A program made the position numbers and the translations under genes. The notes under the pieces are model-generated. The model was not told the origin of the DNA and did no database searches. It saw only the letters and a list, made by a program, of their open reading frames with translations. From NCBI GenBank assembly GCA_032718475.1, contig JAUCBJ010008237.1:1-64000 (forward strand): DNA of 64,000 nucleotides, read 5' to 3'. The first letter of the stretch is position 1, and each line of letters starts with the position of its first letter. Below, piece by piece: positions 51,601-64,000 of the stretch. The DNA is from Nemertoderma westbladi (Eukaryota > Animalia > Xenacoelomorpha).

Positions 51601-54600
51601 ATACCGTAAGTCGTCGAACCATGCAATATATTTATACATAAAATTCATACTTTCTTTGTGTTTTCCAATTCAAATGTATAGTTTCGATTTAGTGTAAGTA
51701 CGGCAATATTTGAAAGAAGCGAATAATGCAGTAGAAAATCCATACAGGCATGCTGTAAATTTCGAAAAAACCCCCAAATTAAAGATAAATTTAAACAAAA
51801 TTACATAAGACACAGGGAAGTTGCCAGCATATCGCTTTCAATATTAGTAACGCCTGGTATATTTGACATTTATTCCCAATTAGAACAGTACGGGCACAAT
51901 GGATTCGTGTTATATATGGTTGTTGAACATTTATGCCCGAATGCACTGAGTTAAGGGCCACTTCGGCGATTTCAGCAGATACCTTAGGATTAATATTTTG
52001 CAATATACATTCAGTTGCGGTATCCATTTATATTAATATTATTTTATTCATAACAATATAGTATTAGTACACAATAAATTTTGAAGCAAAGTTTTTTTAA
52101 CTACAGGACCAGCCTTCAGAAACCTGAGTAAATGGTGGAAAACCGCTGGTCAAGAAGAGATTCCTAATTTCTTTCTAACTTCACAGCGCTTGGGTACCAT
52201 TACAAATTATGCTGCAACCCCTCCTCATGTTCCACAGAATCACCAATAACTGCTGCTGTAAACTATGTTCCACCTCCGGAATCTTAAGGTACCACGCTCT
52301 ACAATGTCCGCAATGCCCCTTAATCGCGTCTCTACATATATCTATATGCCTATATGTATATCTACTGTATCTATATAACTCTGCAATTTTGTAGGTTTTA
52401 ATATTTTTATAAATTTAATTTATAATATCCTTTGCGTCTCTCGGTTTATATTTTATATTATTTACCATTTTACCCCGTTTGGGGGTGTATCTATTCCAAT
52501 TATTAGTACGCAATAAATTTTAACTTATTAACTCTATGATAAAATATTGTTAAGCAAAGAAGACGTTGCTATTATTGGTTTCGTGTTTTAACAAATACTA
52601 ATCATGATACATACCTTTCCCGTCTGTTTTACTCCTTTCCAAATGCAGAAGTAGCACAATGCCCATGCGGCTAATAACGTTAAAGCAAGTTCCCATCTTA
52701 GCGTGCCAATGGTCTCAATCCCATCTGTCTTTTCAAGGACACGATTGCTGAAATTGTATAAGCCAAATTATAGAGAAGAGCCGATAACTTATTCTCTGAA
52801 AAACCATTAATAGAGTTTCTTTGTGATTGAGAAAGATCTCCTGGGATCTTTTAATATGTGTAATTGGGCGACCTAAATTATTCACTAATTGACTTACATT
52901 AGATTTAATTCACTCTAATTCATAAATTGCTATTTAATGCATCGTTTGTAACACGCCGATTTGATCAAATGATCTATTCTCATCAGGTGTAAACAGCTAC
53001 GCCGACAACAGACAGCCAACCTGGGCTTTTAACTTTCGTTAATGTTTTTGGTTAGAATGAACTGCCCATTTCCCTTAAAATTTATAATGGTTACCGAAGG
53101 TGGATATCTTCTGTATGCCTGTAAGTTTTCAGCTGTCGGCTGTCGGAGAACAGTTTACACCAATTCTCAGCTGCTTACTTTGGATTTAAGATAATGGCAC
53201 TAATTTGTTAGTTAGTGGCACAAAATGGTCGTAAACAACAACCGTGACTTTAGTGGGTTAAACAAATTAATTTGACACATTAAGGGAAATGAGCAGGTTA
53301 CCGTGCTTTATACACTGACCCAATATTCTTATTATTCTTGCGTTAAATTCCATATAATGTTGTAATTTATTATTGGTGTTATGGGTGAAAGAGTGGTTTC
53401 ATATAATTATAACTTTTTGTTGGGCAATTGTGGGTCATTGCCGACTTTGCAAAGGCTGTGCCCAACAAAAAATTATAATAAAATGTTGTATGATTTTCAT
53501 GATCACGACATGCACTAGACCACCACACATCAACAGATTTGTTATCCTATGGTAGCTAGCTATATGTGTAGATCTATTATGACAACTAAACTACTTACTT
53601 CCAGAATTGTAGAACTGAAGATTCTTCATTGGTTGAAATTGAGGAATTTGAATGGTTTGCAGTTTTAATGTAGCATTTGTCATCATTCCACCAGTTATCA
53701 CATGTTGACCATGGTAGTGTTTTAGTAAATGATGAAAACAGATATAACAAATCCCAAGCAATAACGACTATATAGTAGATATTAAGCCAGAAGGCAATTG
53801 TCACTGCAGCCCAACCAACTCCTGGATAGGGAGAAAAAATTCAGGTTGTCTTTAATATAACATATAAATAAGTTCATTATATATTATTTAACATTGTATT
53901 TCGCTTATTGTTTATAGTTTTTGGAGAAGTGTATAAAAAAGGGATAATGTTGAATGGGAATAGTTAGTTACGTGTTAAGGCAGGTAGGGCGCCCCCTTAC
54001 TACCAAGGTAGAATACTCCCATTATCCTACACTTTCTGGGCCTCGTGTTATTAACTTAAAATGTTGTGTTAAAATTATTATATAATAACATTGATAGCGA
54101 CAATGTAATAAAACAGGACGTGGATGAACAACTCTATATAGCAAATGGAGCGAAAAAAACGAATTCACCACAAGCGGGGATCGAACCTGCGTCTTCCAAT
54201 AACCGTTGACATGCTCACCACTACACCAGGGTTTAAATTTCTTAATAATTTATATAATCTATGGACGTTAAAATATAATATAATTTTATGTTTTTTTTAC
54301 CTTTAAATATTGGACAGATCTTCCAGACGCCTAAGCCACCAATTGTGAGAAATTGGCCAAGAGACGCTTCGAGAAAAAACATAGGTATTCCAGTGATAGC
54401 GACGCAAAAAATATATGGAATGAGAAAGGCCCCTGAAAGAGAAAATGGATTGATTTTAAATTGTTGATTTGTTGAATAATATTTCCCATATTTGTCATTG
54501 TAAATAATTGTTTTGTAACTAATAAGTTATCCGACTGAAATAATTAATAATGTTAACCATGTCCTCAATGCGCAATCTAATAGGAGAATTTTCAAAACAA

Positions 54601-55195
54601 TATAAAATATTGGTCTGGTACTTTTCTTCGAAAATCTAAAAATGTAACTTTTTTATTTTTCTCATGAAATTTATAGTCGATTCCTCATTCCTGAGAACCC
54701 AAATAAATATTATTGACCCACAGAACGTTTTAACAGAACTTTGAAATTTATATATTCTGTGTACCACGCTTATTTGTATGGCACCAAAAATGTTATATCG
54801 TTTCATAACATGGGCGTAACTCCAATTCCCAAAACCACAAAATCCCAATGATAATAAAATTAAATACCACATTTTACAACATTGCCAATGTTATGTGGTA
54901 TGCTCTTTGTTATCTGCTATATGACATCAATCATAGCGTCATGTGTACGAATTTACTACTCACCTCCGCCATTTTTGAAGCATAAATATGGGAATCTCCA
55001 TACATTTCCTAGCCCAACACTGTATCCGACACAGGATAAAATAAAGTCCAATTTTCCAGCCCAGGCACCTCTGTCAAATTGTTCTTCCTCGTCATCACCA
55101 GCTGGGTTATTATCACCATCTAAACATTTACTCTGTGTCACATTATTTACTTGATTGTAGGATTGTTCGTCGTTTCCATGTCTCGCTGCCTCCAT
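39534..55195 (-). CDS. SLC6A1: Sodium- and chloride-dependent GABA transporter (SLC6/NSS family, GAT-1-like), 12 coding exons, 622 aa
   Basis: Exons 55195-54964, 54432-54301, 53821-53599, 52747-52615, 49339-49267, 48451-48286, 45645-45501, 43447-43355, 42629-42492, 42183-41980, 40926-40756, 39692-39534; all GT-AG, phases consistent, 1869 nt. Motifs [63 protein letters not shown]. Family certain; GAT-1 orthology likely but not proven. Confidence 0.9.
40756..40926 (-). CDS. SLC6 GABA transporter coding exon 11
   Basis: FIFVYSL...[23 protein letters not shown]...GTFME, AG/GT bounded. Confidence 0.92.
41394..41838 (+). mobile_element. 5'-truncated RTE-like LINE, copy 3 (intronic, antisense to the SLC6 gene)
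   Basis: Same family translation; (TAG)n tail; 31-bp TSD ATGGTTAACCTTATGTACGTAAATATGCCGA (41363-41393, 41839-41869). Confidence 0.92.
41980..42183 (-). CDS. SLC6 GABA transporter coding exon 10
   Basis: [16 protein letters not shown]...[23 protein letters not shown] bounded. Confidence 0.92.
42492..42629 (-). CDS. SLC6 GABA transporter coding exon 9
   Basis: [16 protein letters not shown]...[12 protein letters not shown] bounded. Confidence 0.92.
43355..43447 (-). CDS. SLC6 GABA transporter coding exon 8
   Basis: [35 protein letters not shown] bounded. Confidence 0.92.
44270..44720 (+). mobile_element. Old degenerate copy of the same RTE-like LINE
   Basis: Blocks GCTTGAGCATGTGGATGATTTCTG, CCATGCTGGGCTCTAACT, CCAAATCTCTGGATGGCACAT, TTTGCAGGACATTGC match copies 1-3. 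Confidence 0.8.
45501..45645 (-). CDS. SLC6 GABA transporter coding exon 7
   Basis: [28 protein letters not shown]...GPGLAFQ, AG/GT bounded. Confidence 0.92.
46780..46950 (+). mobile_element. Degenerate 3' fragment of the RTE-like LINE
   Basis: GTTGTGGAGGTGCAATTTTGTAGATAAGCCAGCATAGCATTCTTAATGCAGCA resembles the 3' end of copies 1-3. Confidence 0.65.
48286..48451 (-). CDS. SLC6 GABA transporter coding exon 6
   Basis: [12 protein letters not shown]...[31 protein letters not shown] bounded. Confidence 0.92.
48674..48887 (+). repeat. Interspersed ~210-bp repeat, second copy at 51056-51256
   Basis: GAACCACAGAAATTAAAAGCCACAGCAGAAATTAAGAAACAATGGG...TCACATCTCTGGGTGG present twice, in different SLC6 introns. 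Confidence 0.9.
48893..49019. mobile_element. Nested palindromic mini-elements
   Basis: Outer 28-bp perfect inverted repeat TTGTAAATAGTTGGGCTTGGGAGGTTGG; inner 47-bp palindrome 48926-48972 flanked by duplicated GGACTTG. Confidence 0.85.
49267..49339 (-). CDS. SLC6 GABA transporter coding exon 5
   Basis: [28 protein letters not shown] bounded. Confidence 0.9.
52615..52747 (-). CDS. SLC6 GABA transporter coding exon 4
   Basis: [48 protein letters not shown] bounded. Confidence 0.92.
53599..53821 (-). CDS. SLC6 GABA transporter coding exon 3
   Basis: [23 protein letters not shown]...[11 protein letters not shown]...QFW, AG/GT bounded. Confidence 0.92.
53960..54231 (-). mobile_element. tRNA-derived SINE (Pol III A and B boxes)
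   Basis: Minus strand head CCTGGTGTAGTGGTGAGC...GGTTCGATCCCCG (54231-54165); no clean cloverleaf; 3' boundary approximate. Confidence 0.6.
54301..54432 (-). CDS. SLC6 GABA transporter coding exon 2
   Basis: GAFLIPY...[28 protein letters not shown] bounded. Confidence 0.92.
54964..55195 (-). CDS. SLC6 GABA transporter coding exon 1
   Basis: MEAARH...[36 protein letters not shown]|GTGAG; upstream acceptor TTGTAG at 55210-55211 implies an earlier exon. Confidence 0.92.
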
Positions 55196-55954
55196 CCCCA
55201 AACATTAACCTACAATAATTTGCATTGGCATTTAAATAAATAAATTAATTTTATAGAAACCCATTTCAAAATTGCTGGGGGCATTTTGCCCTGAGGGCAT
55301 GATACCCTGAGGACATTTTGCTCGGAGTGACGAATTTCTCTCAAGCCCGTCCTCTCCAATAGACGCCTTAGACCTTCTAATTTTGTGGTTTGATAGAAGG
55401 TCTATCATGTGGTGACATCGGTTCACCATTGAAATTTTTTTCACCACAAAACAGAACTTTTAAACAACAGAATTTATTGCTTATATTCATGATTTATAAA
55501 ACAAACTTTTTCTCAGTTTGTCGATTTTGAGATTTTTTCATCACTATATTCCCTACAACTTTTTATTTTTCACTCAATTTGTATCAATTATACCAAAATG
55601 TTCAGTATCTATAAGGCGGCCACGATCGGTACTTCTACAAATCTATTAGGTCGTTTTGCATAAAATGCGCCATTTTCTACCAGGGACTGGCATCAAATCG
55701 AAAGGAATAATTCTTCGACTTAATATCCAATATTTTTCGATTCGACTAATCCATGTTTTCTACTCGCTTATATATTATCACTAACTGTAGGATATCTTCT
55801 CATTACCAGGGGAACGAACATAATATGCCTGGAATGCTTACCGTTATAATTTATTGGTAATAAACAAACACCCTATTATTATAGTCCTATTCAGTAACCA
55901 ATAATGGTTATTCAGCGGACATTGATTCATAAAAGGCGAAAGTACTGTACAAAA

Positions 55955-56170
55955 CAATGTGGGGCGAGCGACGAAAGTAAGCGAGCTTAGCATACAGGTA
56001 CCACTAACTCAATCGGTGTGTCTGCTGCTCTGTTGTTCTGTTGCTCTGTTGTGTCCAATTTTAAACGTTAATAACTCAGCCAAATCTCGATAAAATATAT
56101 CCAAACTTGGTACATATGTAGTCTGGCAAAAGTTTAGAAATTTTCCAAGTTGAATTTGCGTGGGTCTTCG
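55955..56170 (-). mobile_element. Second copy of the 8410-8635 HINE-like repeat
   Basis: Reverse-complement match incl. GTCCAATTTTAAACGTTAATAACTCAGCCAA and GGCAAAAGTTTAGAAATTTTCCAAG. Confidence 0.75.
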
Positions 56171-58013
56171 TGCAGCATCTGTGTAACTGTCTTGCAGTTA
56201 TAATAAATTTATATATTCAAAAATTATTAGGCTTGGCATCAGCAGGCTGCTAGGAGACTGCAGGAAAATATCAGGTGGGTTTGAAATTCTGCAATACCGG
56301 TACAATGCAGCAATAATGTGGCCTTGGGAAGTGTGGTAGGCCTATTTCACTTTCAGCCATTGCAGCATTTCCAGATTGCAGAGTTCAGAGTACGACACCA
56401 GTACCATTAGTTGCTTGTGCTCAGTCAGTACCGGTACTGCTCACTGCTGTTGCTGTATGTGGTATACCTAGCTTTCTAGGCTGGTTGTCAGTCTGTCAGT
56501 GTGGTACTGCTACTGCATTATCTGAGTATTGGTACAGTACGTGTGGTAGGGTAGGGAGTCCTGCAATTGCCTGAGTGATGTCTGAATTGCGATATCGCGA
56601 CTATTCAGCCATATCATGTTCCAGTACGGTACGGTATCTTAATCTTATTAGGCCTAATCATATGTTTTACAGTACGGTACCAGTACTGTTACAGTGGTAC
56701 AGAGACCTGTACCGTCTTCAGGTCGCTGGTGCCACCCACCAATCGGCTCGGCAACGACAACCATGCAACCATGGAAGTTTTGAAATTATGCGGACTTAAG
56801 ACAGACTGACATATTGTCAGGTTGTACCAGCTGACCTTTATTCCATGTTCCAGTATCCACTACTGCACTAGGTACCCCAACAGCCCAATACTGCAATTGC
56901 AATACCCAGCAACGTTTTGGAATTGTACCAGTACTCAAACAATGCGCCATTAAGGCCACTGCCTCTGTCTGTCGCAGTGTTGTTGGTGACCTCGACTTTT
57001 GGTATCGCTACTGCGCTAGCGCTATGGGCAAACTGGACTAACCGATGAGCGAGACCCGAGGACTACAGAATGCATTGAGTAGTTTGACTGTGGACTTCTA
57101 TGACATCGATGCCAAGCTGCCAATGCGAAAGTTTTTTTAAAGTAAAAGTTTGGATAAATTTTCTTAATTATTTATTTAAATATCATAAGTACCGATTTTG
57201 GGATAGAATTGCTCAATTTTAATCTGTATCTAATAACTGACCTTCGTCCTGCGCGATGGCCCCACGAACGTGTTCTATTGGAAAAACAAAACATATCATA
57301 GTTTATTTACATGGTACTAATAATTATAATTATTAAATATTCTTCATGAAGTACACCATGACCTTCTCTCAATACAACAACCATTTTTAGCAACAATACA
57401 TATGTCTATAAAATGACTAAGGACTTAATTACTATTTGGTATGAAGAAAGTTTGACACCTTTTATTATTGCTGGCCTGGTCGGATTGCCCCGACCTGTTA
57501 GGTGGTTGTTGTATTAATGGATGTGTAATTTAACTGAAACGATACATTGCAACATTAAATCTGGAGATGAGTTTTAATTTTCTGTTTGATTAATTTTTGA
57601 AATGATTATTTGGAAGGGAAATCAAAATAATTATAAATAATGGAAAGATTGGTGAAAGTTTGTATTGCTCTCGTAGTGTGCTGACATTTCATAGGCATTG
57701 CCCATCTCGCTTTACTTCATGTCTTCACTCTTCACACGATTGTCATTTTACCGTTGAGAGATCCACCCTTTTGAGCCGAAACCTCTTGATAAGATCAGCT
57801 GACTGCAGTCAACTGATTGCTGAATGTATACTTACTGGTTGTTTGTGGTGGTACTGTTGTACATCCTACCCTAAATATGGTTTTTACTTTTGAATAATCA
57901 ATACTGCAATTATCAATAATTATTGAAAACGGATTACTAACTATTAACTTAATATTAAATATAGATAAAAATATTTATTTCAAATAATTTCCTTCATTTC
58001 GGAACTTTCTTTA

Positions 58014-58605
58014 GGTACATACTAAAATACCTAACAACCTGTAACAAACTGTAACCACATGTCAAATATCTGGAACAAGCTCTAACCACCTAACAAGCTA
58101 TCAGATATCTGGAACAACCTGTAACAAGTTGACAAAGGTCTATAACAGGCTGTGACAAGCTGTCAAAGGCGATAGGCCTATTCTGGCCATTCTGTCACTG
58201 ATACCCGTACTGTATGCTGTGGTCCTTGCAATATTTCATTTTGCTGTTACGGACCGGTAGACTGCGGCTGTGCTGCTATCTGGTCTGACATTGCTGCATT
58301 GTGCTGTTGTGGTTGTGTAACTACGGCAATACCGGTAGGTACTGCTACTGTGCTGGTCTGACATTTTGACTACTACGATTGCTGGTAGAATCTGTTCAGA
58401 AATAGTCAGGTGCCTTACCATAGCCATTGCAGTTGCATTGCGGTGTTGCTGTGTTGTGAAACTATGATACTGAAGCTGAACTACAACAGTACGGTTAACT
58501 TTACTAATCTGCAAATATTTGTACAAATAGCACAACAAATAAATATCTTGTACCAGATATTTGACAGCTTCTTACAGGTTGTAGGTACGTATTTTAGTAT
58601 GTACC
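58014..58605. mobile_element. MITE-like element with 17-bp perfect TIR and subterminal 11-bp repeats
   Basis: GGTACATACTAAAATAC / GTATTTTAGTATGTACC; ACAACCTGTA-type subrepeats; imperfect 9-bp flanking duplication CTTTCTTTA / CTCCCTTTA. Confidence 0.7.
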
Positions 58606-61286
58606 CTCCCTTTAGCATACAGAATATTTTCCATTGTTGGTTGCAGCTTTAAATTTGGGTGTGTCATTAATTGCATATAAAACTTTAATGTTTTGAAAAC
58701 CAGTAATTGCTCTTCTAATGTCTAAAAACAATTTAATATCGATTCTCTCTGCACTACGCATGATGACCTTTTTTAGGATGGCGGCACTCGCTCAGTTTTG
58801 TTTTTGATGTCATGTTGCTAATGATTAAAAGAGCCTAGGTACTACAGATGAATTTCACTGACTTACTTGTTTGTTCTCAATAATGGTGTAAGGCCCTCGT
58901 TACACAACCCAACAACATTATAACTGGTAAATATCTGTAAGCGACAAGCGTCTTTGCATTCGCCAATATTATATGGTTGTTAATAATTGATTTTTGTGTT
59001 TTAACCCACAATGGAATTGTAATTGTCTATTTTTTCTTACAAATATGTTTTATTTTTGATTCACAATAAACAGATCATCCATCGTGATGGAAATTGAAAA
59101 CCATATAGTGCTTTGTGATATTTTCACAGAGACGCAATTTATTACATTTACAGAATTTGATAAGATTAAAATAACTCAATTATTATATAATATTAATGAT
59201 ATAATGTTAAATTATTATTTATTCGCTAGGCCTATTGTATTTGTAGTTTTTAATCTTCAGCATTAGCTAGCTAGCTGTAAATAATAATGGAATATTTTTT
59301 GCTGTCTGTTTGGGGACTAATAAAGCAACGAATAACCAAGATAATGCGAAGTAATAATTTTAACATGCTCCTAGCGCCATGCTTTATTTGTCCATTAATG
59401 ACCATGTACTTTGAATAAAATTTGCATTATAATAACTGGTGAGGCACATTAACTTTTTCCATAAATAATTCAATCTTTTCAATAAGTTTTTCATAGTTGG
59501 TTGATTGCATAGTACTGTCGGTACTTTGTGGATTAATAAAATAATTTCAATCTCAAATTGACACAAACGCCAAGGGTAGACAGCCCCCTGAATAAAAATG
59601 TTGTACTTTAAGAGTGCCGCAATATTAATAAGATTTTGTTATTATACAGATAATTAATATTTAGCACGAATATAATTAGCAATTATATAGTGGAGTTTTG
59701 TTAAAGGTAAATTTATAAATAGACGGCCAATTAGAATGATTCAGTTTTTGGCGACAAAAATAATATATAGCCTACTCAACATTGATGATATACGCTGTAA
59801 TTCTCTTTATGATTTACAGTAATATTTGATTATAATGGATAATTGTAAGACTTTGTACAATAAGTTTCGTAGGTTGTTATAATTGGTGTTTATATTTCTT
59901 TTTATTCGGTAAATAAGTATTAACCAAATTTGTACGCAACATGTACAATTATATGCCGCGTAATGCGCGCTCACTTTCACACAATACTATATCACACAAT
60001 AGTAGGTGTCAAAGTACACCTTAAATATTTACTTACTATACGTAGTAGTAAACTAACTCAATGTTGTAGAATTTGAAAATCAATTATATAAATAAAATCT
60101 ATCATACAATTCAAGTTTTTAGTTATGAAACTCAACCAAAATAAATAGCAAATGAAACTCAAAGTAACTTTAACTAATCCTATGACCTTCGTTTAAATCA
60201 CAAGGAATATAATATCGATTATGAAAACAAACTTTCGATCCTATTTGACTATTGTGGAACTTTGTGATTCATCTGTCACTCTATGGTACACTTAATATTA
60301 ATAATTTGCTTTGGTATGCTGCCTGGAACAGTGATTGACACATTTTCTCAGATTAATTGGTCACTATTGTTCTGCCGATGGAAGGAAGCAACATATGTTC
60401 CTCTTGCTTCCCGTATTTGCAACTTTAGCTTCAATCGCTAATCACTTGTTGTGTTGTAGTTCTATATTCTAGGTTAGTTCTGCTCTGATAATAGGTCAAT
60501 TTTAGGGTTAAGGGTGATTTAAATCAAAATTTTCAAATTATATTTTTAAGCTAGCCTGCGAGATTTCCAGATATATGTGTCAAATCGTGCAAAATAAATA
60601 AATATAAACATACAAAATAAAAAATCCTTCGTTAAATATTCTGTCCTGCAAGTTCAAAACTTTGCGAGTGCAAAGTGACAAAAAAAGAGGGGGGGGGGGG
60701 GACTGGACGCAAAACCCGCTTTGGTGGATTAATATCCCGCCTCAATGTTAAATTCTCAATTTAGGGAAAGGAGCAGGTTACAGTTGCACGTTATTTTAAC
60801 CAAAACAATAAACTAAACAAAATAGAACAGGTTGCAGTTTTATTATTGAGAGTAATCAGCTATTATTTGCGCCGAATTTCTCCTGGAGATGGATGAATTT
60901 TTATTGCGTCCAGTTTCCCCCCCTATCTGCAAAAAACAACATTATAGATCATTCATAAATGAAACAAAACATTGTGAAAAGCAGTAGCTCGCAGACGTAA
61001 TAGGCAACATCCAGTTACCAAATTGAGCCACAGTTAAATATTGGGTGTGGCATAGCAACCGTGTTTCTGTGTAATTCTTGAACAGAATACTGGATCACTG
61101 TTCATCCTTTCCCTACACTACTACAGTGGGGCTATAGTTTTAAAATCGGTTGGAGTTGTAGTTATAGTTAGAGCCTACGTGATAATGATAATGACAAACA
61201 CTCGAGAATAACTCAACTTCATTCACAAGTGTTTAACTATTCGGTTAGGTTGTAACAAACTAATTTTTCAGTTTCAGGTAATATCT

Positions 61287-61511
61287 CGGTTTAGTGAGAA
61301 ATATCGAGAATAGAAAAAATATCCCGTGTAAATATATCGTGAGAAAAAATTATAGTGTTTAAAAATATATTGCGTGTAAAAATAACGCGTGTTAAATCAA
61401 CTCTGGTTGAAAAATATCGCGATATATTTACGTAAGATATTTTTGAGCTCTCGAAATTATCAATTTTTCAACTTGCAATTTTTCATCTCTCAATATTTTT
61501 CAATATGACCG
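61287..61511. mobile_element. Short, diverged member of the foldback-like AAAAATATCGAG family
   Basis: CGGTTTAGTGAGAAATATCGAG ... CTCAATATTTTTCAATATGACCG ends resemble 33747-35605. Confidence 0.6.
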
Positions 61512-64000
61512 AAGTGACGAATTGGGTCGGTATCAGAATTTGTTCGATTGTTTCGGACGTAATTGTTTCATTTCGGAAACTTGTTTATTCTCTGTATTTA
61601 ATACGCAGATTTTATAGGCACTGAAAACATTCTCCCATTTTCACTTTTCCGAGTTGACCAATGCGGCCCAACTCCATTTTCTGTTAAATTTAGGGATTAT
61701 GTGGTTCCCATTCATTCAATAAGTTATTTTACGCTGCCATCTTTACTTCGATTTAATGTTTATGAAATGATGAACTTGAACAAATAAAAATTTTGTAGGC
61801 AAACTAATTATAACATACCAAAATTAGAGTGCAATAGATGTTGAAGATTATCAATTCTCAAATCACGTTATTTTCATGGTAGTAGATCCAGTTTGGTTTA
61901 CATTAATGTCAATTACATTGTCATCCCAATAACGCAATAAATAGAATAAAACAAATTGAATAAATGTTAATTAATTGATGGTTTGTAGAAGTAAATATGA
62001 ATTTGTTCTCTTTACAAACTCGCTCTGTTAATACTTAGATTTCTGAGCTGCCTCAATGGTGGTTGGTCGTTTTCAGCAAGGCCTGTCTTCCAATGATGTA
62101 GGTCCTAACCTGCTATCATACTGTACAACTAACACTCACTGCTTTTCTATGGCCTCCATCCCAGAAATCGAATAATTTTTTTTCTCTTCTTCGTGAAAAT
62201 GTGAAGGAGGCAGGTTAGCTGTCATGGGGGTGGGATAGAATAAACGTACCTAGCGGTGGAGTAATAATCATGGGCCCGTTATGTGCGTTGTGCGTAACTA
62301 TCGATCTGATGGGCTTCAGCATGCATTCGATAAGCAGCCATTGAAGCCCAAATGAATCCATTGAGTTAGGGAAAGTATTCCTTGGATGGATAGGGCACAC
62401 TAATAGGTGTTCCCTTACTCAAATCGAAATGAATTATATTACTGACTGGACGGGCACGCCTGGTAGATATAGATAATAGATAGAGTGAGTTCCTGTTATT
62501 TTACACAGTAGGGTGATCTGTGGGGAGCACAGGACGAAAGCATGACATAATAGGGCCTCCTGTGGTGACTATCTACTACTGTCATCACCAGTGGAATAAG
62601 TATGATAAGGTCCAGGGCAATAATGTGGATATATATTTGATGGAAGCTTCAGGTACTAATACAAGTATTACTGAAACCAGATAAGATACTTCAACACATC
62701 AATCACACATAACCTCAACTAATAAAACATGTTATTGATTCAATGATGACATTTTACTGACATTGCAATAGCAGCACCTGTATTATTACCTCATTAGCTA
62801 TTAAAGAACCCAACAAGGTATTTTTTTGCATTTGACCTGTAGCTCAGCTGGCCCATCCATTTATTTTTCGAGTTCATTACAACATTAACGTAAGTTGTTA
62901 ACCAGATGAATCTTCAACATTCTACGACTCTACGTAGGTGCTAAGCTCACTGTCACTGTGCGTGCAACCTTACGATAATACATAAAATAAGGTGAAGTGT
63001 TCTTGGGCCACCAGGGATTATGCACAAATTCTTACGACTTGTTTCCAGAGCGGTCCCCCTATTACTACTCTTCTCCCCAGAGGTGACCCTGATAACAATT
63101 TCATGTAATTTTAATGTTTATATCACATTTTTATTGAACAAGTCAAACGTTTGAAAATACGTTTGCGACACGTCCGGAAATATATAATTTCCATGTTATT
63201 TTGTCCAATGTAATAAACGTTTAGAAGTAAACGTGTCAATAGCATGAAACAAACTTTACTCATCCGCCGGTTCTTTATGACGTTTGTATTAAACGTGTGT
63301 CTAGCAGGTGTAACTAACGTGAATCATGCGTCGGTTCTTTCGAAATTGCTTGAAAATATACGTTTTTTTTTATGCAAAGAAAACGTTTGTTTTAAACGTT
63401 GTAAATCGTTATTCTCTAAACTAATTTGGTCATCCATTGATTAGACCACCGGATAGTTCTCATGGTATGTAATTGTTCGAATGAAGAAGATAATTTATGT
63501 GTAAAACATGCATATTATTAAGCACAAGCTAGCCAGTACAGCACAATTTAACAACTTAAAAACTATTGTTGTTGTTCACAATAACAACAACACCAATTAA
63601 AAAATGAACTGCATTGCACAAACTTTTAAGTTAAATTGTACTATTGTACTACTAAATTGTATACAAAAATGAAACAAAATCCCATTTGAACTATAATAAT
63701 ATAGACCATACCTTTTTTTGTCGAATTTCCCGTGGAGAGCATTTATTTTTGATTGTGCCCAGTCCCCCCCCCCCCCCCCCCCCCGCCTCCCCCCTTATCT
63801 GCAAAATTGTTACCATTCGATTCGCCATATTAAAATATGCAAAATTTTCCAATAATTGTATAATTTTTTCACCCATAAGAATAAAACTAAAAATGTCTAA
63901 ACTGAACCCCCTGGCAATACATTGTAAAATAGACAACAATTAACATTTACGATGAAACAAATTACAATTAAAACAACAATTTTGGGACGTCATGGGGAGT

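Noticed and set aside
54165-54231. tRNA gene
   Set aside because: A and B boxes present but acceptor and anticodon stems do not pair well; treated as SINE head.
56200-64000. Numerous 60-100 aa ORFs
   Set aside because: Low-complexity AT-rich or repeat-derived, mostly non-ATG starts, no recognisable motifs.

Overview
AT-rich (non-bacterial) animal genomic DNA, very probably an invertebrate, dominated by transposable elements. 1-~7553: 3' part of a BEL/Pao LTR retrotransposon (RNase H, integrase with a frameshift, DUF5641-type tail). Between pol and the putative 3' LTR it carries a ~930-bp hairpin-unit tandem array, a structured leader and an intact 844-aa accessory ORF combining a DEDDy (WRN/EXD2/Mut-7-like) 3'-5' exonuclease domain with three CCHC zinc knuckles; this is the most interesting object in the window. 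8927-21123: a second, complete BEL/Pao element with near-identical ~1.16-kb LTRs and a 5-bp TSD (ACATT), but with disrupted gag-protease, RT/RNase H/integrase deleted, and its own decayed 3' accessory ORF. Host genes: a single-coding-exon TMEM192 homolog (24721-25599, -) and a 12-exon SLC6 GABA-transporter (GAT-1-like) gene (55195-39534, -, 622 aa reconstructed). The rest is 5'-truncated non-LTR retrotransposons (one CRE-like RLE element, several RTE-like copies), a Ty3/Gypsy pol fragment inside foldback-like inverted minisatellite arms, Helentron/HINE-like and MITE-like repeats, tiny palindromic insertions and a tRNA-derived SINE. All calls are by eye from sequence and the ORF track; no database searches were run.
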